A stretch of DNA of 64,000 nucleotides from Octopus sinensis (lineage: Eukaryota). Both the position numbers and the translations under genes were made by a program. Numbering within the stretch: the stretch's first letter is position 1; each line of letters begins with the position of its first letter. Shown one piece after another: positions 11,378 to 24,632 of the stretch. The stretch covers positions 5,456,001 through 5,520,000 of the forward strand of contig NC_043022.1 in NCBI RefSeq assembly GCF_006345805.1. The letters are read 5' to 3'. The notes below the pieces were generated by a model, which made no database searches, was not told the DNA's origin, and saw only the letters and a program-made list of their open reading frames with translations.

Positions 11378-12809
11378 TTAAACTCTGGTACAGTATGAGA
11401 TAACAGATGTTGTTATTGTTAGGCCTAACTCACCATAAAGCAAATACCACCAGGAGTGATATCCAGGCTACAGTGGAGAAGGCAAACCACTGGATTTGGT
11501 TGGAAAGGGATGATAAGCAATGGCTAGAAGAATATTGAGTGAAACCTAGTAACTAGTTGATCTAGCAAGTTAGGCCTTGTCTCTGTGAATGGGGAGGGTG
11601 CGCAATAATGCCACCAAGTGGAAGGCTCTGAAATGGGGTCCATTCTCTCCTGGTGAACCCCTAAGCTTGCTAGTGACCGGTAGGCAGAGCTTTCAACTGG
11701 TAGCACTTGCATCTGCAGGTTGTTTGCAAATAATCTATTGGTCTCTTTTGCTGAACTGCTAGGTTACAGGAACATAAACAAACCAACAGCAGTTGTCAAG
11801 TGGTGATGGGGGACAAACACATACACAAACACACACACAGTTTCCATCTACTGGGTAAAGAGTAAAGGCCCTCTTCGGGAATGAATGACCATAGGATTGC
11901 CCCTAGAAGGTTCCCCCCCAAAGCACAAGTCTAGGCAAGGTTGTTCATGGAAGACCACCATCAGTCACCCATGCATACCAGTCTCCCCGCTCTCCTTACC
12001 ACCAATGTTATCCAAGGGAAAGGCAAAGGGGCCGATACAGCTTGGCACCAGAGACATCACAACTCATTTCTACAGCTGAGTGAACTGGGGCAACATGAAA
12101 TAAAGTGTCTTGCTCAAGAACATACATATACATATAGGTGTGTGTCTTTGTGTTTGTATTTGCACCAACTGGTGTTAGTGTGTTTATGTCCCCATAACTT
12201 AGCAGTTTCACAAAAGAGTCTGATAGAATAAGTAAGAGTTAAAGCATGATTAATTCAAAACAATATGACAATTAAGCACTTCTTTTGACAGAAAAATCTG
12301 AATGTTGAAGGGTTGAATGATATAACCTGTGTTATACAGGTAACCAGTTTTATAAAAGGTTGGCGTTAGGAAGGGCACCCAGCCATAGAAACCGTCCCAA
12401 AACAGACAGGGAGCCTGAACAGCCCTTCAGCTAGTCAGGCTCCGGTCAAACTGTCCAACCCATGCCAGCATGGAAGACAAACATGATGATGATGGTGAGG
12501 GTGATGATGGTGATGCTGGTGGTGGTGACAAAGATGATGATGATGATGATGATGTTGTTGAGCACAGTTCAAAACAGTTAACTTCCTCCTCAAGTCAAGC
12601 TAACTCAAGCGTCCAATTTCCTGGTTCTATGGTATATATATATATATATTAAAATTAATATTTAACACTATAGTCGATTTTGATATAATCATAATTGTTA
12701 AGTTCTATGTTTCTAGTTTGATAATAAAGTTTATTATAAGTAAAATTATTATATTATTTATATCTTAAAAATATTGTTTAAATATTTTTGATTATATTTT
12801 AGATATTTC

Positions 12810-12884
12810 AATTACCTGAAGATTGACTGTAACCATAACTCGAATTATTATGAATTGGACAGCCATGAAACGATCGTAGTGTTT
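12810..12884 (+). ncRNA. Candidate type I hammerhead ribozyme inside a TA-flanked AT-rich insert (~12650-13025)
   Basis: AATTAC-CTGAAGA(12816-12822)-TTGACTGT...ACAGCCAT-GAAA(12867-12870)-CGATCGTA-GTGTTT. Palindromic helix III ACGATCGT, triplet GUA; helix I and stem II imperfect. Confidence 0.6.
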
Positions 12885-13454
12885 TACTCATTATCTTTTA
12901 TTAAACTTTTAATACTTTTGATATATATTTAAAATAATATAAATTAATTAATTTTATGTATTGGCTTAAGTTTTTCATTGTTTGATTTGCCTAATAGTGG
13001 TTTTATCTCTAATTTAATATAATATATATGTATATATATATATATATATATATTCTGCACCTGGGCAGGATGCTGGCTTGTCACAGGATTACTCACCTTT
13101 ACCAACTGTGTTGACTGGAGCAACATGAAATGAAGTGTCTTGCCCAAGAACACAATGTGTCACCCAGTCCAGGAATCGAAACCACAGCCTTACAACTCAG
13201 CCACATGCCTCCACTCTGTTCAGAATACTATGTGAAGAATTTGACTTTGGATGCCAAAAGGTGAGGGCATCGTCTCACAGCAAAGTTTGGAATCATGCTT
13301 TTGAACTGTGATCACAAATAAGTTTGGAATCATTGCAGAAACACATAATGCAAATGCTGCTTTCATCACAGCTTCATTATAGTTTCCCAATTGAAAATAT
13401 TTTGAGAGAAATAAATTCAATTGCTCTCTATAAGGAAAAAATATTCTTTTTTAC

Positions 13455-13655
13455 GTGCAGGTGGCATGTAAAAAGCACCCATTACACTCTCGGAGTGGTT
13501 GGCGTTAGGAAGGGCATCCAGCTGTAGAAACTTTGCCAGATAAGACCGGAGCCTGGTGCAGCCTTCTGGCTTCCCAGATCCCCGGTCGAACCATCCAACC
13601 CATGCTAGCATGGAGAATGGACGTTAAACGATGATGATGATGACGATGATGATGA
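13455..13655 (+). mobile_element. Family D element (RTE-like bipartite SINE) with (GAT)n tail
   Basis: GGTGGCATGTAAAAAGCACC...TGGCGTTAGGAAGGGCATCCAGCTGTAGAAAC...CCAACCCATGCTAGCATGG...GGACGTTAAACGATGATG; more than 10 related copies. Confidence 0.8.
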
Positions 13656-13908
13656 TTAATGTCTGAGATTAGATGAGTGCCTTCTGTCGACAAATGGTAA
13701 AATGGCTCAAGTCAACAATGTGATTATGTTTAGCAGACGGAACGAATTCCTGGAAAGTAACTGACTTTAGTGCTTGGCAGCTGAAATGGTTGAATATCTG
13801 CTCACAATCAAAACATCAATGACAAAAGTTTCCTAAAGCAAGATCCAACAGAAGAATTCTGTAGAAATAAGCAGCCATTTCTTGTGACTGAACATTCTAT
13901 TTCTGACA

Positions 13909-14318
13909 TCATTCATCATCATTGTTCGACCGTGGTCGAGACAATGGAATTTACCATGCTACGCCAGACTTCACGGTCCATCATGGCATTATGGAGGTCC
14001 TGTTGCTGGATGCCTGTATCCCAGGAGATTACATCAGGGTAGGAGAGTGTGCGCCCTGTGGCATTGCGAGTAGATGGCTTCCAGAGGAGAAGAGTAGAAA
14101 TTACTTCTTTTTCAGCTCTACAACAATGTCCAGCAAACTGGACTCTCCTACCTTTCACAAGAGATGACACAGGTGGTAGTTTCCCATATATTTGCATTTT
14201 GGTTGGATGGCGCTTCCACGAGAGATTTTGAGCTCTCATAAGGAGGCGAGTGTAGGTTCCATCCAACCGCATCTCAAGCTTCTTTGATAACGTCCAGGTT
14301 TCTGAGCCATATAGTAGA
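13909..14318 (-). mobile_element. 5'-truncated RTE-clade LINE with 10-bp target-site duplication
   Basis: ORF end ILLYGSETWTLSKKLE...FAGHCCR...DREVWR typical of the RTE post-RT region; (TGA)n tail; TSD ATTTCTGACA at 13899-13908 and 14319-14328. Confidence 0.9.
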
Positions 14319-14714
14319 ATTTCTGACACTATGTAAATTCTTCAAGTTGAATTATTCTGTGACCAAATAGGACATCTGACACAATCAGGGGCACTCCATC
14401 TCTTGGGTTTTATCAGGGAGCAATGGGATACCCAGTTCTAATCATTCAGGATATTGATGAAATTCAACCATTTCTCATGACGTAAATTTGTGAATTTGGA
14501 TTCTTAAGAAAGTACCACACTAAATCCAAGATGAGAAATTGGTTGCTCTAAGCTCAGCTAATGAGGTCGACCTTGTCAAAGACTAAAATCATAAATTCAA
14601 AACCTGGTGTCCTGCTGCTACCAAAACCACATCAATACAGTACAATAAGTGATGGACTGGATTAGGATTCTGCAGTGCGCACGTGTGTGTGTGTGTGTGT
14701 TTTCTTTTATTCTT

Positions 14715-14954
14715 GTACTCGTTTCAATTATTTGACTGCGGCCATGCTGGAGTACCGCTTTTTGTTGAAGAATTCAACCCTAGGACTTATTCTTTGTAAG
14801 CCTAGTAGATATTCCACCAATCTCTTTTGCTGAACCGCTAAGTTATGGGGACATAAACACACTAATATCAAGCAATAGTGGGTGAGGGGCAAACACGGAC
14901 ACAGAAATACATACATATTATATACATATATATATATGTGTGTGTGTATGTATA

Positions 14955-15032
<78 letters not shown>

Positions 15033-15185
15033 ACAATGGGCTTCTTTCAGTTTCTGTCTACGAAATCCACTCACAAGGCTTTGGTCAGCCCAAGGCTATA
15101 GCAGAAGATACTTGCCCAAGGTGTCACACAGTGGGACTGAACCCAGAACTATGTGGTTGGGAAGCAAGCTTCTCACCACACAGCC
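14715..15185 (-). mobile_element. Family A SINE with expanded central (TA)n
   Basis: Matches 2317-2728 in reverse complement. Confidence 0.8.
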
Positions 15186-15569
15186 ACATCAGCCTAATCA
15201 GGGATGGCCTAGGGCTAAACAACATAAACAAGATTACTATATAAAACAAAAATGCAAAATGCAAACAAAAAATACACACACAAAACATATAAAAATGTTA
15301 ACGTACAAAATACAATAAAACATGGTGAAACAAAAACAAATGAAACAAAAAACCAGCCTAAAAAGCAAAATTGTTGAGAATTCCAACAGTAATTAACTTT
15401 GTACTACAATGTAAGTATTGGTGACATTAACGATGATTGCTGCTCGGTATTTGCAAGCAACACAAATAATTTGCCTCCTGTGTTAACAGAAAATTATATG
15501 AGATTTAGATTTGATAAAAATAATGTAAAGGGCAGTGATTTCACTTGTAATTTAGTGTGACCGTCAATG

Positions 15570-15850
15570 TTGGGGGAGAAGAGAGAGAGAGAGAGAGAGA
15601 GAGAAGAGGAGAGAGCGTGAGAAGGAGAGAGAGGGAGAGAGAAGAGGAGAGAGCGTGAGAAGGAGAGAGAGAGAGGAGAAGAGGAGAGAGCGTGAGAAGG
15701 AGAGAGAGGGAGAGAGAAGAGGAGAGAGCGTGAGAAGGAGAGAGGAGAGAGCGTGAGAAGGAGAGAGAGAGAGAGGGAGAGAGAGAAGAGAGAGAGAGAG
15801 GAGAGAGAGAGGAGAGAGAGAGAGAGAGAGAGAGAAGAGGAGAGAGGGAG
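15570..15850. repeat. GA-rich tract with a ~30-40-bp higher-order unit (GAGCGTGAGAAGGAGA x4)
   Basis: Directly visible. Confidence 0.85.
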
Positions 15851-16158
15851 AGCAGACTGGAGTTAAATGAGGTGCCTATTCTAAGTCCTTCTGTAAATTG
15901 GTCGAAAAGAATCCCAGCAGAACGATCGTGTGGCAGTTTTGTGGTTCACACAGCAAAGTGTGAAGTTGGTAATTCTTAGTGTTTTAACGTGTCAAAGACT
16001 TTTCTTTATTATCATTCCTCTTTTTTTTTTTCTCTCTGTTGGCATCAAAAACATCAATACAGTGACCAAATATATAGTCTATCAGTTGTAATTTCATAAA
16101 AATTGATGCGACAGTTGGTTTGTTGGTTGGATTCTTTGACAAACCAGTTTTATTTTAA

Positions 16159-16591
16159 ACTAGCAGCATAGCCCGGCATTGCCCGGGTATGTAAGAGCCC
16201 CTAGTAGGCAATGACTAATCCCAATCGGGTCCTTTCTCTCTAGGGAACGAAGGCGCATGTGTAGGTTGCAATGTCTTCTCTTCACTCGAATACTTCTGTG
16301 TATACAATGTTCCTAGCTGTCCCTTTGGGCGATAAAAAGGTCGAGTTGTGTCCCCTAGACAGAAAATGTGTTGCATATAAAAAGCTTAGATTCTCGACCC
16401 CATGTCGAATTTATCGATTTTTTCAGAACTGGGGGAACTTTTCAAAATTTTCGCTGCGTCAGTTTTGAATTATGACATTGGGCTATGTGTGTGTCAAGTT
16501 TCATGAGAATCGGTTGAAAGCCGTGGTCAGGGTGAGGGTACAACCTGACAGACACACAGACAGACAAACTGCCGTTTATATATAGAGAGAT
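16159..16591 (+). mobile_element. Non-autonomous Helitron/Helentron-like element, copy 1
   Basis: 5' ACTAGCAGCATAGCCCGGCATTGCCCGGGTA (short hairpin); 3' ...GACAGACAAACTGCCGTTTATATATAGAGAGAT. Both ends are shared with 62183-62936; the architecture resembles Lep1/HINE-type Helitrons. Confidence 0.7.
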
Positions 16592-17394
16592 TATCTTGGC
16601 TGATCTAATTCTGCCGTTCTTGAAATTCGTTCTCACTACCAACACATTTCACAGCAAATAAACATATTTTCACACAGTTTCAATATAAAGACAAAAGAAA
16701 GATAAATACATCATAGGTTCAGGTATGGCTGTGTGGTAAGAAGCTTGCTTACCAACCACATGGTTCTGGGTTCAGTCACACTGTGTGGCACCTTGGGCAA
16801 GTATCTTCTGCTATAACCTTGAGCTGACCAAAGCCTTGTGAGTGGATTTGGTAGATGGAAACTGAAAGAAGCCCATCATGTGTGTGTCATTGCGTCTGTG
16901 TTTCTCCTTCACTACCACTCGACAACCAGTGTTGGTGTGTTTATGTTGCCATAACTTAACGGTGCAGCAAAAGAGAATGATAGAATATTATCCAGGCTTA
17001 AAAAAATAAGCACTGAGGTCCAATCATTCAACTAAAGTTCTTCAAGGTACTGCACCAGTATGGCCATTACGAAATATGAACTTGGTGCATTGTGACCTTT
17101 TCTCTCCAATGCATATGTGGGTGTGTCATCATCATCATCGTTAGCCACATTTCATTTCTGTTTTCCATGCTGTCATGGTTGGATGGTTTGATACAAGCAG
17201 ACAAGGCCAAAAGCTGCACCAGGCTCCAGTTGTCAGTTTCAGCAGGGTTTCTATGGCTGGATGCCCTCCCTAATGCCAACCACTTTTACAAAGTGTCCTG
17301 GGAGCTGTTTACATGGCACAGATATCTGGATTTGTATTAACTGTCAAGGCAACACCTTTGGCCTCCTTCATAGCTTCCCATTCTTCTAACACAC

Positions 17395-17660
17395 CAATTA
17401 CTCACCTGTCATCACTCACCAGTCATCACTCACCAGACACCACTTGCCAGTCATCACACATCTCTCATCACTTGCCAGTCACTACTCACTTGTCATCACT
17501 CACCAGACACCACTTGCCAGTCATCACACATCTCTCATCACTTGCCAGTCACTACTCACCTGTCATCACTCACCAGTCATCACTCACCAGACACCACTTG
17601 CCAGTCATCACACATCTCTCATTACTTGCCAGTCACTACTCACCTGTCATCACTCACTCG
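17395..17660. repeat. Minisatellite built from TCATCACTCACCAG / CACTTGCCAG modules (~3 higher-order units)
   Basis: Directly visible; gives the repetitive ORFs at 17313 and 17444. Confidence 0.8.
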
Positions 17661-18469
17661 TCTGACATACATGCTGTTTTCATTGTAGCATCCACACCTT
17701 CATCACTCGTGCCCCTATTATTTGTCTTTCAATCACCCTCATCTTCCCTGTATGATATCACCAATGAGACTAACAATAGCAGTGCATCTTTTCAATGCTT
17801 CCATTACAATGTCGGACCCTCTTCCCAACACTCCACCCCTTAATCTCTTATCCTTAACACCCTAGCTCTCTCACCATCCCAAAGTATATACATAAGGCAC
17901 CCCCCCCCCCATTAGACCCCATACATCTACCAATATTCCCACAAGCGATTTCATATCAATGTTTGTCATCCACCCTTACCATTTACCCACTTCGTACTCT
18001 CCGTCATTCTCTCATCTCTACCCTTCCTATACCCTGCTGATACCACAATGAAACACACCCAATCAATACTGTTAAGTATGGGGTTGTAAAAGATGTAAGA
18101 ACCTTTCCTAGTGGTCTAGGGGTCATGAGGAAATGCCCTCAATGCGCTCTGTAAAAATGCTTGGTGTTAGGAAGGGCACCCAGCAGTAGACACCAAACCA
18201 GAAGGAAATTCAAGGACAAGATGTGGTCCCCTGATTCAGCTAGAAGACTAGCAAGGTGGCAATGACTCTTCCAACCCATGCCAACATGAATGATGATGGT
18301 GATGGTGATGGTTGGTGTTTGTTGTGGTGGTCATGGTAGGAATAGTGACGGTGGTATGACTGTGTAGCAAAGAAGTTTGCTTTGCAACCATGTGCTCTTA
18401 TGATTGCCATGGACCAACTAATGATTTCTAAGTGGAATTAGTTGACAGAAACTGCAAGGAAGCCTGATG

Positions 18470-18604
18470 CATATACATATGTATGTATGTGTGTGTGTGT
18501 GTCTGTGTGTATGCGTGTGTGTGTGTCGTGTGTATGTATGTATGTATGTATGTGTGTGTATGTATGTATGTATATATGTAGGTGTGTGTGTATGTAGGTA
18601 TGTA

Positions 18605-18637
<33 letters not shown>

Positions 18638-19042
18638 ATGTATGAGTGTGTGTGTGTATATGTATGTATGTGTGTGTGCATGTATGTGTGTGTGTATGTA
18701 TGTATGTATGTATGTAGGCATGTATGTATGTATGTATATGTGTGTGTATGTGTGTGTATGTATGTGTGTGTATGTATGTATGTAGGTGTGTGTGTATGTA
18801 GGTATGTAGGTATGTATGTGTGTGTGTATGTATGTATGTGTGTGTGTGTATGTATGTAGGTATGTATGTATGTGTGTGTATGTATGTATGTGTGTGTGTG
18901 TATGTATGTATGTAGGTATGTATATATATGTGTGTGTGTGTGTGTATGTATGTAGGCATGTATGTATGTGTGTGTGTGTGTGTATGTATGTATGTAGGTA
19001 TGTATATATGTGTGTGTGTGTGTGTATGTAGGTATGTATATA

Positions 19043-19075
<33 letters not shown>

Positions 19076-19326
19076 ATATATGTGTGTGTGTATGTATGTA
19101 TGTATGTACTTTTATAGCAGTTCATCGAAAGGGATCAACAGAATAAGTATCAGGCTTTAAAAAATTAAGATTCAATCAACAAGAGTTCTTCAAGGTGGTG
19201 CCCCAGCATGACCACAGTTTAATGTCTGAAACAAGTAAAAGATGAAAGCTAAACACACACACACACATACGTATATATTTTATGTGTGTGTGTACATACA
19301 TACATGTGTGTGTGTATGTATGTATG

Positions 19327-19357
<31 letters not shown>

Positions 19358-19452
19358 GACATATATATATACTATATATATATATATCTACATATATATA
19401 TATATATATACATTATATATATATATACATATATACATATAATATACATATA

Positions 19453-19483
<31 letters not shown>

Positions 19484-19660
19484 CATATATATATACATAT
19501 ATTATACATATATATATATAGATATATATAACATACATATATATACATATATATATTATATATATATATATACAATATATATATATATATATTATATATA
19601 CATATATATATACATATATATAACATATATATATACTATATATATATATATATTACATAT

Positions 19661-19695
<35 letters not shown>

Positions 19696-19779
19696 TATAT
19701 CTATTATATATATATATATACATATATAATATATAATTACATAATATATATATATATATTATATATTATATATATACAC

Positions 19780-19854
<75 letters not shown>

Positions 19855-19900
19855 TATATGTGTGTGTGTGTATATATATGTGTATATATATATATATATA
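18470..19900. repeat. Long (TATG/TG)n tract (18470-19105) and (TA)n-rich tract (19320-19900)
   Basis: Directly visible. Confidence 0.95.
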
Positions 19901-20045
19901 TAAAGACTCCCTTCAGTCATGATGACCAAGGGATTGCACCTAGAAAGTTCCCCTCTGAGGCCCAAGTCCAGGCAAGGTTGTTTAAGGAAGACCAGCAGTC
20001 GCCCATGCATGCCAAATGTATTTTATATATATATATCTTATGTGC

Positions 20046-20088
<43 letters not shown>

Positions 20089-20450
20089 TATACAAATGCA
20101 TGCCCAAATGAATGTACGTGTGTGCATGCCTGTTTGCATATGAAGGTGTCATTTCTGCTGTTTTGCAGATGACTAACTGAGCAAAAACGATGTTGTGTTT
20201 ACATTGCCAGTAAACCTTACATGACACTGCTCTGCACTTTTTGAAATAGTGGAATAAAAACCCTCTTGCTTGTAGAATAGGAAAACATTACCGACAGGAA
20301 GAGCATTTGGGTGTAAAAGGAAAAAAGAAAAATCAAAATACTGCCTGAACCAAACACCTTCAACCTATGCCAGCATCGAAAAGCAGATGTAAAACAAGTA
20401 AACAAATACACACACACACACACAGATAGACAAACAGACAGATAAATAGG

Positions 20451-20576
<126 letters not shown>

Positions 20577-21601
20577 TAGATAGATGGATAGATAGATGGA
20601 TAGATAGATAGATAGATAATGGATAGATAGATAAATGATAGATAGATAAATGGATAGAAGATAAGTTGATAGACAGACAGACAGATAGAAAAATAGATAG
20701 ATAGATAGATAGATAGATAGATTGGTAGACAGATAGGTAGGTAGATAGAGAGATGCACACATATTTGTAAATATACACCCATGCATATACATATATATAT
20801 ATATAAACATACCCACACACACATAAACACATGCGCATACACACACACACAAACACACATATACGTACACACACACACACACACATATATATCATCTTTA
20901 ATATATATCCAGTGTGCAATGGAGTGACTGCTGTCTTCATGCATCTTTCACAGCTGCATACATCGTAACCCTTACAAAAGGAGTATACCTGTTGGTTTTA
21001 GGGTCCCCGCCTTACATAAATTATTGTGTTTTGACATGTTGAGTAAGGATAAGCTACAACAGTCTGTGTGTCAGAATATATACAGTTGCTGAAAGAAATA
21101 AATGTCTGCTCGTATATATATCAATATAGTTTGAAACTCTAGGCAAGTATGTCTGTGAACATAACTCTTGGTGTATTCATGGTGGCTGCCTCCCTCCAGA
21201 AAGTTGCAACTGTCTGAAACAAATAGCTTGGTTTTGATGTACGTGCAAAAGAAAATAATGTATGTCACAACAGTTTAACCTTCGACCCGACTTTAACAAC
21301 CAAATATTCTAGTTATGCATGAACGGTATATCCAATCCAGCTTCTCAAAGTGTAAACACAAACACAGAGTAGAACTAATATAATTTATGGCCAGAACGGC
21401 TTCGAGCAATGTCTGTCTGGTGAATATGCCACTAACAAAAGCTGTCGCAGGAATTAGTTACAGTTGAGATGAATTCCTAACTGGATGATGCTTAAAGAAA
21501 AATGGGAATTATACAAATACTGTACATAAAGGTGTGGATGTTGTTCTAAAAGTTTAACATATATAAAGCTGCTATCATCATCAACGCCATCATTATTATT
21601 A

Positions 21602-21990
21602 TTCTCTTTTACTTGTTTCAGTCATTTGACTGCGGCCATGCTGGAGCACCGCCTTTAGTCGAGCAAATCGACCCCGGGACTTATTCGTTGTAAGCCCAGT
21701 ACTTATTCTATCGGTCTCATTTGCCGAACCGCTAAGTGACGGGGACGTAAACACACCAGCATCGGTTGTCAAGCAATGCTAGGGGGACAAACACACACAC
21801 ACACACAAACACACACATACATATACATATATACGACAGGCTTCTTTCAGTTTCCGTCTACCAAATCCACTCACAAGGCATTGGTCGGCCCGAGGCTATA
21901 GCAGAAGACACTTGCCCAAGATGCCACGCAGTGGGACTGAACCCGGAACCATGTGGTTGGTTAGCAAGCTACTTACCACTCCTGCGCCTA
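21602..21990 (-). mobile_element. Young family A SINE
   Basis: Near-identical to 2317-2728, 33925-34335, 43640-44058 and 60965-61395. Confidence 0.9.
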
Positions 21991-21994
21991 TAAT

Positions 21995-23465
21995 TATCTT
22001 CATCATTTTTCCATGGTTGTGGCTCTTCTCCAGCTCAGCTTCTCCCTATTTGTTGTAGTCCCTTTATCATCTGCTTCATAAGTTCCAACCTCCTGATGTC
22101 ACCCTTTTCCCCACCCCCCACCCTGTGGTCACCTTCCTCGCCAAAGTTCCTTCCATTGATATTCCTTGGCTCTTCTTTACTCAACCGTTATCCATCATAT
22201 TCTTCGCCAACCAATTCCAGCACACTCTTATCTCTTTCACACTACATCAGATTCTTTCATAACCAATTTTTTTCCTTCCATTTTTTTTTCTCTCTCGGTC
22301 CATTTGTGCTCGGTCATTCATGCACGCTAACGTTACACATCCTGGTGATTATGTCCACTTTATTTCTTTCTAACATTCACACGTCTCTTGTATTCATTGA
22401 TTATGTTTTGCCACCATACAATATTGTACTCTGTACCCAAACATCAAACAATCTACCCTTGCCACCATACAATATTGTACTCTGTACCCAAACATCAAAC
22501 AATCTACCCTTGCCACCATACAATATTGTACTCTGCACCCAAACATCAAACAATCTACCCTTGCCACCATACAATATTGTACTCTGTACCCAAACATCAT
22601 ACAATCTACCCTTGCCACCATACAATATTGTACTCTGTACCCAAACATCAAACAATCTACCCTTGCCACCATACAATATTGTACTCTGTACCCAAACATC
22701 AAACAATCTACCCTTGCCACCATACAATATTGTACTCTGTACCCAAACATCAAACAATCTATCCTTGCCACCATACAATATTGTACTCTGTACCCAAACA
22801 TCAAACAATCTACCCTTGCCACCATACAATATTGTACTCTGTACCCAAACATCAAACAATCTACCCTTGCCACCATACAATATTGTACTCTGTACCCAAA
22901 CATCAAACAATCTACCCTTGCCACCATACAATATTGTACTCTGTACCCAAACATCAACAATCTACCCTTGCCACCATACAATATTGTACTCTGTACCCAA
23001 ACATCAAACAATCTACCCTTGCCACCATACAATATTGTACTCTGTACCCAAACATCAAACAATCTACCCTTGCCACCATACAATATTGTACTCTGTACCC
23101 AAACATCAAACAATCTACCCTTGCCACCATACAATATTGTACTCTGCACCCAAACATCAAACAATCTACCCTTGCCACCATACAATATTGTACTCTGTAC
23201 CCAAACATCAAACAATCTACCCTCGCCACCATACAATATTGTACTCTGTACCCAAACATCAAACAATCTACCCTTGCCACCATACAATATTGTACTCTGC
23301 ACCCAAACATCAAACAATCTACCCTCGCCACCATACAATATTGTACTCTGTACCCAAACATCAAACAATCTACCCTTCAACTACAGAAAGAATCCCTTCA
23401 TTACCAACAGAAGCAATACCCCCCCTCCCAGCTTTTCCTACCCAGCTCCTACTTTGGTTACTAAA
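21995..23465 (-). pseudogene. Decayed RTE LINE 3' portion hosting the 51-bp minisatellite
   Basis: Minus strand reads LLLLVMKGFFL*LKGRLFD(VWVQSTILYG)...LERNKVDIITRMCNVSVHE with stops. This matches the RTE pattern LPLLxTKGLSLRxKGRLYxACVRxxMLYGSETW...LERxExxMLRWMCxVS (recalled consensus). Confidence 0.7.
22411..23377. repeat. 51-bp minisatellite, 19 units
   Basis: Unit CCACCATACAATATTGTACTCTGTACCCAAACATCAAACAATCTACCCTTG; unit 11 (22921-22970) has a 1-bp deletion; only scattered point variants. Confidence 0.97.
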
Positions 23466-23880
23466 CTTTCAAAGTGAATGCGTGAGTGTCTGCATGTGTG
23501 TGCATGTGAATATATATATATAAGTATATGTGTGTACATATATATGGTGGATTCTCTCATCGAAGACGACGAATGAGGGTTCAGTAAATAACCTTCAACA
23601 ATTCCTAAGCCCTGTGACACCGCATGTGTACCTTCAATCCAGCAGATGCCTTGCACACCTTCTCGCAAATGGTACACCTGCATGTATTCGTTGGTTCAAA
23701 ATGTCTTCTCGGGTGGACAGCTAACCCAGCTATGCTTCATGCTTTGAACCCACAGTGACACACACAATCATTGTTTGGTGGATTTTGCTGATGCGTTGCT
23801 TTCAAATTTGCACAAAGGGCGTCCCTATGACGAAGACGGTTACTTTCAAATTCTCTAGTCTTTAGAAAACACATTTTCCT

Positions 23881-23914
<34 letters not shown>

Positions 23915-23916
<2 letters not shown>

Positions 23917-24204
23917 TCATCATTTAGCGTCCGCTTTCCATGCTAGCATCAGTTGGACGGTTCAACTGGGGTCTGTGAAGCCAAAAGGCTGCATCAGGCC
24001 CAGTCTGATCTGGCAGTGTTTCTACGGCTGGATGCCCTTCCTAACGCCAACCACTCCGTGAGTGTAGTGGGTGCTTTTTACGTGCCACCCGCACAGGTGC
24101 CAGACAGAGCTGGCAAACGGCCACGGACGGATGGTGCTTTTTACGTGCCACCGGCACGGGGGCCAGGCGAGGCTGGCAACGGCCACGATCGGATGGTGCT
24201 TTTT

Positions 24205-24208
<4 letters not shown>
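23915..24208 (-). mobile_element. Family D element with internal ~62-bp tandem units
   Basis: (CAT)n tail on the plus strand, family D core, GTGCTTTTTACGTG x3. Confidence 0.85.
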
Positions 24209-24241
<33 letters not shown>

Positions 24242-24327
24242 GAAATTTACAGAAAAACAAAATATGAAGACAGGTGTATGAACAACAAGCAGGTGTATTA
24301 GTTTGATGGTCGGGAAAGTTAGAAGGT

Positions 24328-24363
24328 CTTTTATGTTTCGAGCCTATGCTCTTCAACAGAAAG
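24328..24363 (-). ncRNA. Degenerate minimal hammerhead-like motif in a TA-flanked insert (~24238-24420)
   Basis: CTTT-CTGTTGA-A-GAGC-ATAG-GCTC-GAAA-CATA-AAAG. Helix I (CTTT/AAAG) and stem II are perfect; core A6 is changed to U; helix III ACAT is probably CpG-decayed ACGT. Confidence 0.45.
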
Positions 24364-24418
24364 GAACACAAGGAAATAAACAAAGAGAGAATAAAAAGAA
24401 TTGTGGATTTAGCGATCA

Positions 24419-24458
<40 letters not shown>

Positions 24459-24460
24459 CA

Positions 24461-24632
24461 TACCATATTTTAACGTCTATAAGGAACCCTCATAATTTGG
24501 GGGTGGGGGGCTTAAAATTTGGAAAGAAAGGTTTTGTAAGGGATTTTAATACTATCTATGTATAAGAAACTCCCATATTTTTAACGTAATTTTTGACAAA
24601 AAAGGGTTCCTTATACACATTAAAATAGGGTA
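24461..24632. mobile_element. Tc1/mariner-type MITE next to (TA)n
   Basis: 31-bp TIRs 24460-24490 and 24603-24633 match at 28/31; TA flanks. Confidence 0.75.

Noticed and set aside
21071-21215. Possible continuation exon of the LIM domain (..ACAG|T-TGC-AAC.. giving CNFLEGGSHHEYTKSYVHRHTCLE)
   Set aside because: Needs the second of two close AG acceptors, lacks the final C-x2-C/H/D ligands, and has no clear donor.
22096-23523. 475-aa, 358-aa and 328-aa repetitive ORFs, and a CRISPR-like look
   Set aside because: They come from a 51-bp tandem unit with no unique spacers; the unit derives from a dead RTE element; no splice or start evidence.
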